Assembly: GCA_964369845.1 (NCBI GenBank)
Contig: CAYJFJ010000003.1
Coordinates: forward strand, 2,563 to 66,562
DNA: 64,000 nucleotides
Direction of reading: 5' to 3'
From: an uncultured Muribaculaceae bacterium
GTDB taxonomy: Bacteria > Bacillota_I > Bacilli_A > RF39 > UBA660
Shown here: piece after piece, positions 41,035-50,711 of the stretch
Position numbering within the stretch: the first letter of the stretch is position 1
Layout: every line of letters begins with the position of its first letter
Program-made: the position numbers and the translations under genes
The notes under the pieces: generated by a model
Seen by the model: the letters and a program-made list of their open reading frames with translations, nothing else
What the model was told of the DNA's origin: nothing
The model's database searches: none

Positions 41035-41931
41035 CTATAAAATTATTTTTCTTTCTCTTACTAAACTGTTATTTTGACTATAAAATCTTTTTATAAACAT
41101 TTCCTTCTCAAATAAATTTTCAAAAACCATATCTACAAATGAATCTACTTTTTTTTCTATGGTTTCATAATTATTACTCAAAACCTTAGTGATATCCAAA
41201 TCTTCTTTAGTACTTCTATAAAATAAATTAAGTAAAAACAAAATATTTTGGGTCCATATAGTTTCATTTAACGTTCCATTTGGCTTTTTAAATTCTATTG
41301 TATTTCCATTAACAAAGTTTTCTTCTGTACATCTAAAAAAACTAACTTCTAAATACGATGGAAAATTATTTTTCACTAAATAATAATCTATTAAGTCAAA
41401 AAACGATAAATTTTTTACATAAAAATCTCTAAGTATTTTTTCAAATATAAAATCCATATTCATCGAATATTTGTTATTAAATCTACTTTCGAATTCTTGA
41501 TTATTTTGAAAAAATACATTAATTACATCATTAAATTTATAATATAGCATTAAAAGGTTAAATAAGTATTTTTCATTTCCCTCTAATGCTTGTGAACCTA
41601 TATGTATATGACCAGCACACTTGTTTGTAATTAATGCTCCGTTTTCTTTTAAAAAATCACAAACTTTTAATATTTGATCAAAAGACTTTTTGTTAAATGA
41701 TAATATATCTGAAGATATTTCACCACCATAATTTCTTCCATTTAAAACACTTGCTTTATTAATTGTGCCTTCTGTTTTTGAAAGCCAATTACTACTATTT
41801 TCTTCATTGAATTTCTCAATAAAATAATCACTTTTGCATTTAACAAGTAATTCATATTCAATTTCAATACCAAAAGTGTAATTATTAAATTTGTTAATGT
41901 TCTCAGTAGTTAATATATTTTGATAATACAT
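41035..41931 (-). CDS. Amidoligase_2-family (glutamine synthetase-like fold) protein
   Basis: TFGIEIEYE near the N-terminus, GGEISSDIL, CAGHIHIGS, and C-terminal NTIEFKKPNGTLN fit the conserved blocks of the putative amidoligase family (GiEiE ... EivSP ... GlHvHv ... tiEFR..gTl). Confidence 0.55.
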   Translation of the reverse strand: MYYQNILTTENINKFNNYTFGIEIEYELLVKCKSDYFIEKFNEENSSNWLSKTEGTINKASVLNGRNYGGEISSDILSFNKKSFDQILKVCDFLKENGALITNKCAGHIHIGSQALEGNEKYLFNLLMLYYKFNDVINVFFQNNQEFESRFNNKYSMNMDFIFEKILRDFYVKNLSFFDLIDYYLVKNNFPSYLEVSFFRCTEENFVNGNTIEFKKPNGTLNETIWTQNILFLLNLFYRSTKEDLDITKVLSNNYETIEKKVDSFVDMVFENLFEKEMFIKRFYSQNNSLVRERKIIL

Positions 41932-42000
41932 GTTGACTCCTTTAATTAATTATACATTATTTTTTCAAGAAAAAAAACATCAAATGATGCTTAATTTCTT

Positions 42001-43935
42001 TTATTCAGTTGCTACAAATGTAAATGTCGATGGTTTATTAGTAGTAGCATTTAATATATCTGCATCTGCCTGCGTTTTAGCATAAGCCTCGGTTATTTTA
42101 GTTGAATTTCTAAACATATTTTCACTATATGTTACATTAGTCATATCAAAATTACTTAAATCTATACTTGTTATATTCATACCCGAAAACATATTTCTCA
42201 TGTCTGTAACTTTTTGTGTATCAAAACTTGTGATATCTAAACTTATTAGAGATGTCATATACGAAAACATACCAGACATATCTGTGACACTTGATGTTTC
42301 AAAATTTGATAAATTTAAGTTTAGCAAAGAATTACATCCGCCAAACATTGAAGACATATCTGTTACTTTATTTGTGTTGAAAGAAGATATGTCTAGATTT
42401 TGTAAAGAGTATGTATATTGAAACATATACGACATATCAGTAACATTTTCAGTATTAAAATTATTTAAATTTAAGATACTAAGCGATTCAACATTACCAA
42501 ACATTTGAGACATATCAGTAACATTACTTGTATCAAAAGAACTTAAATTTAAACTTGTAAGTGAACTTAAACTAAAGAACATTCTATTCATATTTGTTAC
42601 TGAACTTGTATTAAACATGGATAAATCTAAATCTTTCAAAGATTCTAATAATGTGAACATATTTGACATATTTGTTACGTTGTTTGTATTAAAGGAATTT
42701 ATATTCAAGTCTGTTAAATAGTGCATGTTCCGAAACATCGATGACATATTTGTCACATTACTTGTATCAAAAGAACTTAAATCTAAATCGGTTATTGATT
42801 CTAGCGAATAAAACATACTATCCATAGATGTTACATTACTTGTATCAAACGTTGACAAATCTAAGGATGTTAAATACGAATCCCCTTCAAAAGTTGAGTT
42901 ATCAGTACCAATATCCATATTAAACATTTGCTGCATAGTAGTTACGTTACCTGTGTTATACCAACCATTAAATTCTAATTTTGTAATGGCGTTAAAGTTT
43001 CGAAAAGTTCCATACTGATTAGCATTTGCTATTATTCCTCTATCAGACTGAATATGCAATATTTGTTCTTCGTCTACATTTTCTATATAAGCTACTATTG
43101 ATTCGTTTTCTGCAACTGACAAGTCCCATTTATCTGTTGCTGCTTCATATCCTTCATCAATCTGTTTATCAAAAATAATTTGTGTTACTGTATCTCTAAA
43201 GCCTGACGTATGTATTAAGTTGTTGAAACTTTGACCTGAGATCATTTCGTTTGGAAAATCTAAATTAATATTTGCACTTAATTCTTTATTTAAATTATTT
43301 GTTTGACTACTTGGTAAATCTACAAATGTAACGGACATTGTCCACTTTTCTTCTATTTTACTTGTTGTAGTAATTTCTTTTAAATCATGAAGTCTAATCA
43401 TTTTATTTACTTCTGTTACATCAAAACCTGTATAACTTTTACCAGTAGCATCTGTTACTGTTACTCTTGTAAGTCCTTCAATAGTAGTTACTTCATTTCC
43501 TTCTGGGTCTACTACGTTTAGAAGAAGTTCTGCTGTTTTTTCTGCTGTAGTATACACAAATGAATTATTTGTAAAATCAGCATATACACTATAGTATTCG
43601 GTAGCGCTAGACTCAGCTTCGCCTTTTATTAAAGTTGCAAGCTGGTCTTCTTCATTAGTTATAGATCCACTTCCATCCACAAAACCAGTTGTACTTACTC
43701 CAAAAGGAACTGGATCATGGGGCGTAAAGAAGAATCTTCTTTCGCTTGGAGTATGGGAACTTATGTTTGATAATGTATTTACTCCGTCTCCTATAATATT
43801 TCCTAAATAAGCAAATGAGCCAGTAAATATTAAAAATAAAAATACTGCTACTATTAAAAATAATTGCCTTGTAATAAATTTGTTTAATCTAGTTTTTGGT
43901 TTGATTTTATTTAATGCTTTTTTCATCTTGTTCAT
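42001..43935 (-). CDS. BspA-type / DUF285 leucine-rich-repeat surface protein
   Basis: N-terminal anchor, then about 10 tandem 26-residue repeats of the form DLSxFDTSNVTxMxxMFxxxxSLT (roughly nt 42075..42885), the Mycoplasma/Listeria-type 26-residue surface repeat. Confidence 0.8.
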   Translation of the reverse strand: MNKMKKALNKIKPKTRLNKFITRQLFLIVAVFLFLIFTGSFAYLGNIIGDGVNTLSNISSHTPSERRFFFTPHDPVPFGVSTTGFVDGSGSITNEEDQLATLIKGEAESSATEYYSVYADFTNNSFVYTTAEKTAELLLNVVDPEGNEVTTIEGLTRVTVTDATGKSYTGFDVTEVNKMIRLHDLKEITTTSKIEEKWTMSVTFVDLPSSQTNNLNKELSANINLDFPNEMISGQSFNNLIHTSGFRDTVTQIIFDKQIDEGYEAATDKWDLSVAENESIVAYIENVDEEQILHIQSDRGIIANANQYGTFRNFNAITKLEFNGWYNTGNVTTMQQMFNMDIGTDNSTFEGDSYLTSLDLSTFDTSNVTSMDSMFYSLESITDLDLSSFDTSNVTNMSSMFRNMHYLTDLNINSFNTNNVTNMSNMFTLLESLKDLDLSMFNTSSVTNMNRMFFSLSSLTSLNLSSFDTSNVTDMSQMFGNVESLSILNLNNFNTENVTDMSYMFQYTYSLQNLDISSFNTNKVTDMSSMFGGCNSLLNLNLSNFETSSVTDMSGMFSYMTSLISLDITSFDTQKVTDMRNMFSGMNITSIDLSNFDMTNVTYSENMFRNSTKITEAYAKTQADADILNATTNKPSTFTFVATE

Positions 43936-44011
43936 TTTATCCTCTTTACTATATAAATAATATCAAAAATACATGTTTTTGTAAATAAAAAAGTTAAGAT
44001 TAAACTTAACT

Positions 44012-44605
44012 TTAGTCACCTATTACTATTGTTGCATCAAACACTTTATTTTCTTCTTCGTTTCCTGCAAGAGCATCTATCCAAAGTCTTAAATCGAAAT
44101 CAACAGTAGTGTTTGACACTAATGTTTTTGTATCTAATACATATGCTGTTTTTACTTCTTTTTTTGTTAATTTTTCAATTTGTGAAATTATGTCCGCGCT
44201 TAGCGTCTTCACCTCTAAATTAGTTAGATTATTACTATCTCCAAGGTTTAAATTTGCTTTTATAGCACTATCAGACATTGTTGAAGTTTCGTTTACTACT
44301 AAATAAATGTTAAATGTACTACTTTCTGCACAAGTATTTTTTACTGAAAATGAATACGGTGCATTTTGAAGACCTATCGCATCACTTACTGGATATGAAT
44401 TTGCTAAATTGATTGTTTCGTTTTCTTCTGTTAAAGTAAAATCTCCACAACTTGATACACTCACAGTAGTAAAGGCAGTAACTGGCTCTATACTTCCTAA
44501 ATAAGCGTTAGTTACGAAAAATATAGCTAAGGCTAGCACAGATATTATCCCAAGTAATACCAATGTCATTTTGTCAGTTTTTAAATTACTAAATATTTTT
44601 TTCAT
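44012..44605 (-). CDS. Secreted or anchored protein, possibly TasA/camelysin-like
   Basis: 197 aa. N-terminal hydrophobic segment followed by NAYLGSIE, compare the AYF(T/S)D of SipW-type substrates. Beta-rich body. Weak by-eye call. Confidence 0.35.
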   Translation of the reverse strand: MKKIFSNLKTDKMTLVLLGIISVLALAIFFVTNAYLGSIEPVTAFTTVSVSSCGDFTLTEENETINLANSYPVSDAIGLQNAPYSFSVKNTCAESSTFNIYLVVNETSTMSDSAIKANLNLGDSNNLTNLEVKTLSADIISQIEKLTKKEVKTAYVLDTKTLVSNTTVDFDLRLWIDALAGNEEENKVFDATIVIGD

Positions 44606-44667
44606 TTTATACCTTCTTTATCTATATTAATAATATCAAAATTTTTATATCTATTCAAGGAAAAAGA

Positions 44668-45288
44668 TCACTTCTTTTTTTGTAGTGATCTTATTTTGTC
44701 TTTATCTTTGTTTTTTTCATAAAAATTATGGTCAAACATATTTTTTAAATTTGTTTTTGTTTTCTTTTGCTTAGAAAAGTCCTTTGGATTTTCTAAATAA
44801 TCCATATAATAACTAAATAAAACTATTAATTCTGTTATTATAACTGGTGCAAATATTGCTGCATATTTTATTTCGTAGTTTTGATCAAATAAAAATATAA
44901 ATATTATCAGCACTGCAAGTATGTTCATTTTTATTTTTCCATATATATTTGTTTTTACATTTTGATTTGCTTTATATCTCATATAATTTACTGCCGCTAT
45001 TAACAGCTCAATAATTACCGGAATAATTGCTAGTGTTGTTATTTGAAACAATACTATAAAACATACTATATTTAATACTTTATCTGCTACTGTATCGTAT
45101 AAACTTCCAAAGAATGTTGTTGCTTTTAATTTTCTTGCTAAAAAACCATCTATAAAATCCGTTGAATATATTACTAAAGCAAGTATACCTGCTTCAAGTG
45201 AACCGAAACGCACATATACTGGATATATTCCGATTACTCCAATTAATCTTATTGTAGTTATTAAATTTACTAATATTACACTTTTCAC
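44668..45288 (-). CDS. CDP-alcohol phosphatidyltransferase family protein
   Basis: DGFLARKLKATTFFGSLYDTVADK matches DG(x)2AR(x)8G(x)3D(x)3D. Multi-TM, 206 aa. Confidence 0.75.
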   Translation of the reverse strand: MKSVILVNLITTIRLIGVIGIYPVYVRFGSLEAGILALVIYSTDFIDGFLARKLKATTFFGSLYDTVADKVLNIVCFIVLFQITTLAIIPVIIELLIAAVNYMRYKANQNVKTNIYGKIKMNILAVLIIFIFLFDQNYEIKYAAIFAPVIITELIVLFSYYMDYLENPKDFSKQKKTKTNLKNMFDHNFYEKNKDKDKIRSLQKKK

Positions 45289-45297
45289 TTTTTACCT

Positions 45298-46227
45298 CTA
45301 ATTTATTTCACTTGATTCTAAAACTTCTAAATTAACTCCATTTAAAAAACTTTTAAAATCCATTTCTTTTTTTCCAAATGGTTTAACTTTTTTCAGTAGT
45401 ATATAACCATCTTTTGTTCCTATTCCAAGTTCATTTTTGCTTAATAGTTTAATTTTATTTAAATTGTTATTCTCTTTAACTATATAATCAACTTCTAAAA
45501 CTTTAAAAGGATTACCATTTAACATAAAATATGCACTGGGGTATACTCCTCTTATTTTGTTAAATACTGTTTTAGTGCTTTCATCAAAATTAATAAGTTC
45601 ATCTTCTCTTGTAAGCATTCTAGCATGAGTTGCACTATTATCATCTTGCTTTATACTTGCATTTTCTTCTTTTACTATTTTTTCTAAATTATCTTCTAAT
45701 AACTTTGATCCGATTATACTTAGTTTTTCGTATAATGTATGGTAATTATCTTCTTTTTCTATTTTAGTTTTTGCAATGTCTATAATATTACCGGTATCCA
45801 TAGATTCATCCATGTACATTAAAGTTATTCCAGTTTCTTCATCACCATTTATAATGCTCCACTGAATAGGCGCAGCACCTCTATACTTAGGAAGAATAGA
45901 CCCATGTATATTCATACACCCAAGGCGTGGTAAATCAATAAGCTCTTTTGGTATTATCTGCCCGTATGCTGCTGTTACAATTAAATCAGGCTTCATTTGC
46001 ATTATTTTTTCGTAATCTTTTTTGATTCTATTAGGCTGGAATACTTCTATACCATTTTGCTCTGCTACTACTTTTGAAGCTGTTTTTTTAAGTTCTTTTT
46101 TTCTACCAACTTCTTTATCAGGCTGAGACACTACTAAAACCACATTTGTTTTTTCTATTAACATTTTTAGTGTTGGAACACAAAATTCTGGGGTTCCCAT
46201 AAACACTACTTTTAAATCTTTAAACAT
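45298..46227 (-). CDS. fmt: Methionyl-tRNA formyltransferase
   Basis: VVFMGTPEF, NIHGSILPKYRGAAPIQ (SLLP motif variant), C-terminal OB-like domain. Confidence 0.93.
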   Translation of the reverse strand: MFKDLKVVFMGTPEFCVPTLKMLIEKTNVVLVVSQPDKEVGRKKELKKTASKVVAEQNGIEVFQPNRIKKDYEKIMQMKPDLIVTAAYGQIIPKELIDLPRLGCMNIHGSILPKYRGAAPIQWSIINGDEETGITLMYMDESMDTGNIIDIAKTKIEKEDNYHTLYEKLSIIGSKLLEDNLEKIVKEENASIKQDDNSATHARMLTREDELINFDESTKTVFNKIRGVYPSAYFMLNGNPFKVLEVDYIVKENNNLNKIKLLSKNELGIGTKDGYILLKKVKPFGKKEMDFKSFLNGVNLEVLESSEIN

Positions 46228-46254
46228 TTTTCTTCTCCATAAAAATTAAAGAAC

Positions 46255-46785
46255 TTAAATTGACATAAGTTCTTTTTCTTTAATTGTAACATTTTCATCT
46301 ACAATTTTATTATATTTATTTACACTTTCTTGAAGTGAATCTAATAAGCGTTTTTCTTCATCTTCTGGATATTCATCTTTTAAGATTGCATCTTTAATTT
46401 CTTGACGAATATTTCTAAGTGCTACTTTTCCTTCTTCTCCAGCAGATTTTGCTAATTTAACATATTCTTTTCTTCTGTCTTCTGTTAAATCTGGAATAGT
46501 AAGTATAACCACTTCTCCATTATTACTTGGAGCTATACCTAAGTTAGCTTCATTTATAGCTTTTTCAATGTCTTTGATTGCTGATTTATCAAATGGCTTA
46601 ATAAATATTTTCTTTGCTTCTGGAACCGTAATATTTGCTACACTTTGAATTGGTGTTGGATTTCCATAATAAACAACATTTATACCATTTAACATTTGAG
46701 GATTTGCTCTTCCTGCTCTAATAGTAGTTAACTTTTCCTTTAAATTTTCTATTGCTTTATTCATTTTTTCTTCTGTATTATACAT
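46255..46785 (-). CDS. frr: Ribosome recycling factor
   Basis: LTTIRAGRANPQML, IPDLTEDRRKEYVK, ALRNIRQE. Confidence 0.93.
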   Translation of the reverse strand: MYNTEEKMNKAIENLKEKLTTIRAGRANPQMLNGINVVYYGNPTPIQSVANITVPEAKKIFIKPFDKSAIKDIEKAINEANLGIAPSNNGEVVILTIPDLTEDRRKEYVKLAKSAGEEGKVALRNIRQEIKDAILKDEYPEDEEKRLLDSLQESVNKYNKIVDENVTIKEKELMSI

Positions 46786-46797
46786 TTTTATTTTCTC

Positions 46798-47541
46798 CTA
46801 ATTAATTTCTAGTTTATCATAATAATCTTGTTTTGTCGACTTCACAAGATATAAAACTTCAACTTTTCCGTTTTCGTTCATATATACGCTATATTCTAAA
46901 TTATTTATTGTTTCTTCAACATTTATAATTCCACTTAATTCATTATCAGATTTTAAATTTTCTTCGATTAAGTTTTTAATTTCTTGATCTGTTTTATTAT
47001 GTTTGTTTTCAAAGTCTTCTTCGTTAATTAAATCACCTGTAGTTTTATCAAAACTATATACTTCAAATCCAATTGCTTTTACATGATTTACAATATCATA
47101 ACTATATTTTTTTACTATAAGTGTTAAATTATCACCAAAATTAATTGTCTCAAAATCAATGTAATTTAAACTATATATACCTTCAGAATTACTATTTACT
47201 ACTGTATTTTCTTCAAGTTCTACACTACTTTCATATACGATACTAGAATTATATTCATCTATTAAATTATTTATACTGTCTTCGATATATTCATATGACC
47301 CAAAGTTAATTTCTATTTTGCTGCTAACAATTTCGTTTTCTGCAATTAGTTCCTTTTCAAAATTTATAACAAAATAATCTTTAGAAGTATCTATTCGTAT
47401 ATCTTCAAATTCTTTTTCTTCATTATTTTCTTTTTTTTCTAAATTATTTGAAAAATAACTAGTTGCAAAATAACCACCAACTATTAAAAATAATAAAAAT
47501 ATAATAAAAGTTATAAATGCTGCTTTATTTTTGTATTCCAT
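46798..47541 (-). CDS. Hypothetical membrane-anchored protein
   Basis: 247 aa with an N-terminal TM (AAFITFIIFLLFLIVGGYF) and an acidic extracellular body. Its start overlaps the upstream gene stop (ATGA). Confidence 0.45.
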   Translation of the reverse strand: MEYKNKAAFITFIIFLLFLIVGGYFATSYFSNNLEKKENNEEKEFEDIRIDTSKDYFVINFEKELIAENEIVSSKIEINFGSYEYIEDSINNLIDEYNSSIVYESSVELEENTVVNSNSEGIYSLNYIDFETINFGDNLTLIVKKYSYDIVNHVKAIGFEVYSFDKTTGDLINEEDFENKHNKTDQEIKNLIEENLKSDNELSGIINVEETINNLEYSVYMNENGKVEVLYLVKSTKQDYYDKLEIN

Positions 47542-48158
47542 TATTTATTCTCCTTTAATAATATCAAACTGTTTTCAAATGATGACATAAAAATAGTTTC
47601 AAGTTCTTCGTTCCAAAGTTCATCTGGAGTTATATCTCCTCTTACAAATGATGTAGAATCATCATAGAAAATTATTTTTCCGTTTTTCACCACTATTACA
47701 GTTGGAGCATACATTTCTGAGTTTCCAGTATCATCTATATTTAAATAATTTTTTAACTTCTCTACAATTAGTTCGTAATTACCATTATTATTTGTTCTAT
47801 CTTCAAAAAAATCATAATAATATATTTCTTCTATATTATTTTTAGTAGCTACTTCATTAATCATTGTAGCAGTTTTTTCACTCCATATATTTTTGTTATT
47901 ACCAAAAAATATTATTCCATCTTTATCTAAAATATTTAAAATTTGATTTGCACTTTTATATACAAATATGTTATCTTCAGTAAAACCTTTGTATTCTGCT
48001 GCAAACAATTCACTGTCTGAATAATCTTCTCCATAATTTAAAGTCCCGAAATATATAAATCCAAATATAAGAAAAGCAAATATAATTATACTGCTTATCA
48101 TATGAAATTTATTTTTAAATAAATTCTTGTTCTTAATATGTATCTTTTCTTTTTTCAA
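47541..48158 (-). CDS. Hypothetical membrane-anchored protein
   Basis: 205 aa with an N-terminal TM (ISSIIIFAFLIFGFIYF). The soluble domain may have a thioredoxin-like layout but lacks CxxC. Confidence 0.4.
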   Translation of the reverse strand: MKKEKIHIKNKNLFKNKFHMISSIIIFAFLIFGFIYFGTLNYGEDYSDSELFAAEYKGFTEDNIFVYKSANQILNILDKDGIIFFGNNKNIWSEKTATMINEVATKNNIEEIYYYDFFEDRTNNNGNYELIVEKLKNYLNIDDTGNSEMYAPTVIVVKNGKIIFYDDSTSFVRGDITPDELWNEELETIFMSSFENSLILLKENK

Positions 48159-48265
48159 TTTTTATCACCAATTACATTTTATCATTTTAAAAATAAATTT
48201 AAAAGTATTTATTCCAAACTTTAGTTGTATTTACAATTAATTACAACAAATATTATTATTACAAT

Positions 48266-48294
48266 AAAAAAATCAGAAAATATTCTGACTTTTT
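48266..48294 (-). terminator. Intrinsic terminator downstream of hup
   Basis: TCAGAA (48273..48278) / TTCTGA (48283..48288) stem extended by flanking A/T pairs. A U-run follows on the minus RNA. Confidence 0.55.
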
Positions 48295-48296
48295 TA

Positions 48297-48569
48297 TTAG
48301 TTTAAAGCTTCTTTTAATTTAGCTCCAGCTTTAAATGAAGCAACAGTTTTTGCAGGAATGCTTAACGGTTGTTTTGTAAGTGGATTGATTCCTTCTCTTG
48401 CAGCTCTTTCTTTTGCAGAGAATGTTCCGAATCCTACAATAGCAACTTTTCCAGATTTTTTTAATCCTTCAGTTACACCAGCAAATGTAGCATCTACAGC
48501 TTTTGCAGCGTCAGCTTTTGTTAATCCTGTTGCAGTTGCAACAAATTCTACTAATTCAGTTTTAGACAT
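48297..48569 (-). CDS. hup: DNA-binding protein HU
   Basis: 90 aa. MSKTELVEFVA...GFGTFSAKERAAREGINPLTKQPLSIPAKTVASFKAG is the classic HU/IHF fold sequence. Confidence 0.93.
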   Translation of the reverse strand: MSKTELVEFVATATGLTKADAAKAVDATFAGVTEGLKKSGKVAIVGFGTFSAKERAAREGINPLTKQPLSIPAKTVASFKAGAKLKEALN

Positions 48570-48783
48570 GTCTTTTACCTCCTGTACATTTCTAATGTGT
48601 AAGATAAATATCTTTCTTACAATATAAGCGTATCAAAAAAGATTTTTAAAATCAATATAAAATTAACATAAAAATTAACTTTTTTACTTTTTTTTATTTT
48701 CTTTCATCAAAATGTATCTTAAATGTAACAAAATATTGATTTTTTTTAGTTCTGTGTTATTATATTTACAAAGGAAATTTTAT

Positions 48784-49176
48784 ATGAATGCTCAATTATA
48801 TGACTTAAATAGTACAAATTTTATCGAAGAAAATAGAAAATACTTAATATTTTGGTTCCATAGTTATGTTGCTAGAACAAAAGATTTTGAACAAAAAAGT
48901 TCTCTTTCCAAAATTTTTATATCTATTTTAGATAATTATTTTTATGAAACAGTGCTTCTTGTAAATTTTTTGTACAAGACTAATAAAGGACCTATAACTT
49001 TTATAAATATACTAAAACAAAAAAAATTAATTGAAATGTTTGATTCTTTAAAAAACTATTACTACTCATCAAACAATTTTGATATCGAAAAAGAAACAGC
49101 TCAATTATTTACTCATCTTAAAATAATTTATAACGAAGATGATTATAATGAAATTTTACAACTAAAAAACAGATAA
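48784..49176 (+). CDS. Hypothetical protein
   Basis: Start placed at MNAQLYD (48784), behind an AAGGAAA RBS. About 130 aa, with no family recognised. One of the few plus-strand genes. Confidence 0.35.
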   Translation: MNAQLYDLNSTNFIEENRKYLIFWFHSYVARTKDFEQKSSLSKIFISILDNYFYETVLLVNFLYKTNKGPITFINILKQKKLIEMFDSLKNYYYSSNNFDIEKETAQLFTHLKIIYNEDDYNEILQLKNR

Positions 49177-49226
49177 ATGATATATACCATTTAAGATATA
49201 CTTCATAATCTGTTTTTTTACGCTTT

Positions 49227-49592
49227 TTAACGTACATATTCATTTGTTTTTGCTCTTGAAATAGTAAATATTACACACCCGCACTTTTCTGTTTCTTCCT
49301 TGCTATAGTAATCTTTATAAGTTTCTGTAACTATTTCATCTACATTTTTATAATTATCTTTAAAGTCAAAATCAAAGTATTTATTGTATGCATCTTCCCA
49401 GTTGGTGAAAACTTCTATATTTTCCACATCTACTATTATAAATTCGTCTAATGATGGTGATTTCACAAACTTAATTGTATCACCTATTTTAATGAGTTTT
49501 CTCTTTTCATCATATAACCTATATTCTCTTGTTTTATTATTATACCTTAAGTTTTCAAAGTTTTCTTCATATAGTTTCATTATATGTTCCAT
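49227..49592 (-). CDS. ASCH domain protein
   Basis: KTREYRLYDEKRKLIKIGDTIKF ... IVDVENIEVF fits the ASCH beta-barrel pattern. 117-121 aa depending on the start. Confidence 0.5.
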   Translation of the reverse strand: MEHIMKLYEENFENLRYNNKTREYRLYDEKRKLIKIGDTIKFVKSPSLDEFIIVDVENIEVFTNWEDAYNKYFDFDFKDNYKNVDEIVTETYKDYYSKEETEKCGCVIFTISRAKTNEYVR

Positions 49593-50135
49593 TTATTTAC
49601 TTCCTTTTTCTGTTTTTACTACTGACTTAATGTCTTTATATATTTTTAATATCTGTATCATTTCATCTGAAATACCTTGTTTGTCACCACTTTGTTTGAC
49701 GTTTCTTTTAATTTCCGACTCTACATCATCTAAATTTATGTATCTAAGTGAAAAATTTCCTTCTTTTTCATTTTCAGTTAACTTGCTTTTTTCTAAATTA
49801 GGTTTTTCGTCTGATAGAACTTCATAGTAATATATTTCTACTTTTCTATTTTTACCCACTTCTGGCCAGTCTTTATAATAACCTTTAATACATGCAAATG
49901 GTCTTGTATTTTTTTAATTAAGAGAAATTCCTACTTCTTCTTCTATTTCTCTATTAAGAGTGTCTATAAGCGTCTCTTCTTCTTCATTAGTTCCTCCTGG
50001 AAACTCATAATTATCATGTGAGTACGCTAATAATATTTTATGATCTGTTGTAACTAATAAAATTTTTGTTTTTTTCTTAGTTTCTGTTATGTCTTCTTCT
50101 GTCAAATTATTTTCATTTATAATAATTTCTTTCAT
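49593..50135 (-). pseudogene. NUDIX hydrolase interrupted by a single in-frame TAA (49914..49916)
   Basis: ORFs 49914..50135 and 49593..49859 are in the same frame. Reading through gives ...GGTNEEEETLIDTLNREIEEEVGISLN*KNTRPFACIKGYYKDWPEVGKNRKVEIYYYEV... The NUDIX box GGx5Ex7REIEEExG sits in the 5' part and the typical continuation follows the stop. Confidence 0.65.
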
Positions 50136-50154
50136 TTCTTTTAATCCTTCATTT

Positions 50155-50697
50155 TTATTTTTTTTCTAAATAATAAACTTTCAAGTTTTCTTTTTGACCT
50201 GATTTATTTATTATTCTAGAATGTAATGTTCCTTCATAAATCATTCCTGCTTTTTTCATTACTTTTCCACTTGCCGGATTAGATTCTATATGCTGCGCTG
50301 TAATTACTTCAAATCCCGCTTCAAAAAGAAAGTTTATTACTAGTTTCAAAGCTTCAGTAGTATATCCTTGATTCCACCATTTTGAACCTATACAATAACC
50401 TATTTCACAAGTTTTATTTTTTATACTACTATCTATCACATCGATGCACCCAATAAGCTCGTTTTTTCCTTTTAATACTATACCCCATCTATATGTATAT
50501 TCTTCTTCGTATTTATTTATCCAAAAGTCTAGTAATTTTTCTGTATCAATTTTTTCTTTGTGAAGATTCCAACTTACAAACCTATCAATTGCCTTATCAC
50601 TAGTCCAGTTATTATACATAGAGTTAACATCACTTATTTTAAGTTTTCTTAGTAATATTCTTTCACTTTGTAATTCTTTAGTTTCTTTAATTTCCAT
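50155..50697 (-). CDS. GNAT N-acetyltransferase (RimJ/RimL-like)
   Basis: 180 aa. ERILLRKL...WGIVLK...IGYCIGSKWWNQGYTTEALKLVINFLF is typical of the RimJ/RimL subfamily. Confidence 0.75.
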   Translation of the reverse strand: MEIKETKELQSERILLRKLKISDVNSMYNNWTSDKAIDRFVSWNLHKEKIDTEKLLDFWINKYEEEYTYRWGIVLKGKNELIGCIDVIDSSIKNKTCEIGYCIGSKWWNQGYTTEALKLVINFLFEAGFEVITAQHIESNPASGKVMKKAGMIYEGTLHSRIINKSGQKENLKVYYLEKK

Positions 50698-50711
50698 GTT
50701 TCATCCTTTCA

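Noticed and set aside
42075-42885. A DNA periodicity of about 78 bp that could be mistaken for a CRISPR or satellite array.
   Set aside because: The repeats are in-frame 26-residue DUF285/BspA leucine-rich repeats inside one long ORF. There are no spacer-like unique segments or cas genes.
49909-49915. T7/A7 homopolymer next to the NUDIX interruption, considered as a programmed frameshift site.
   Set aside because: The two NUDIX pieces are in the same reading frame, so the break is a plain in-frame TAA and no frameshift is needed.
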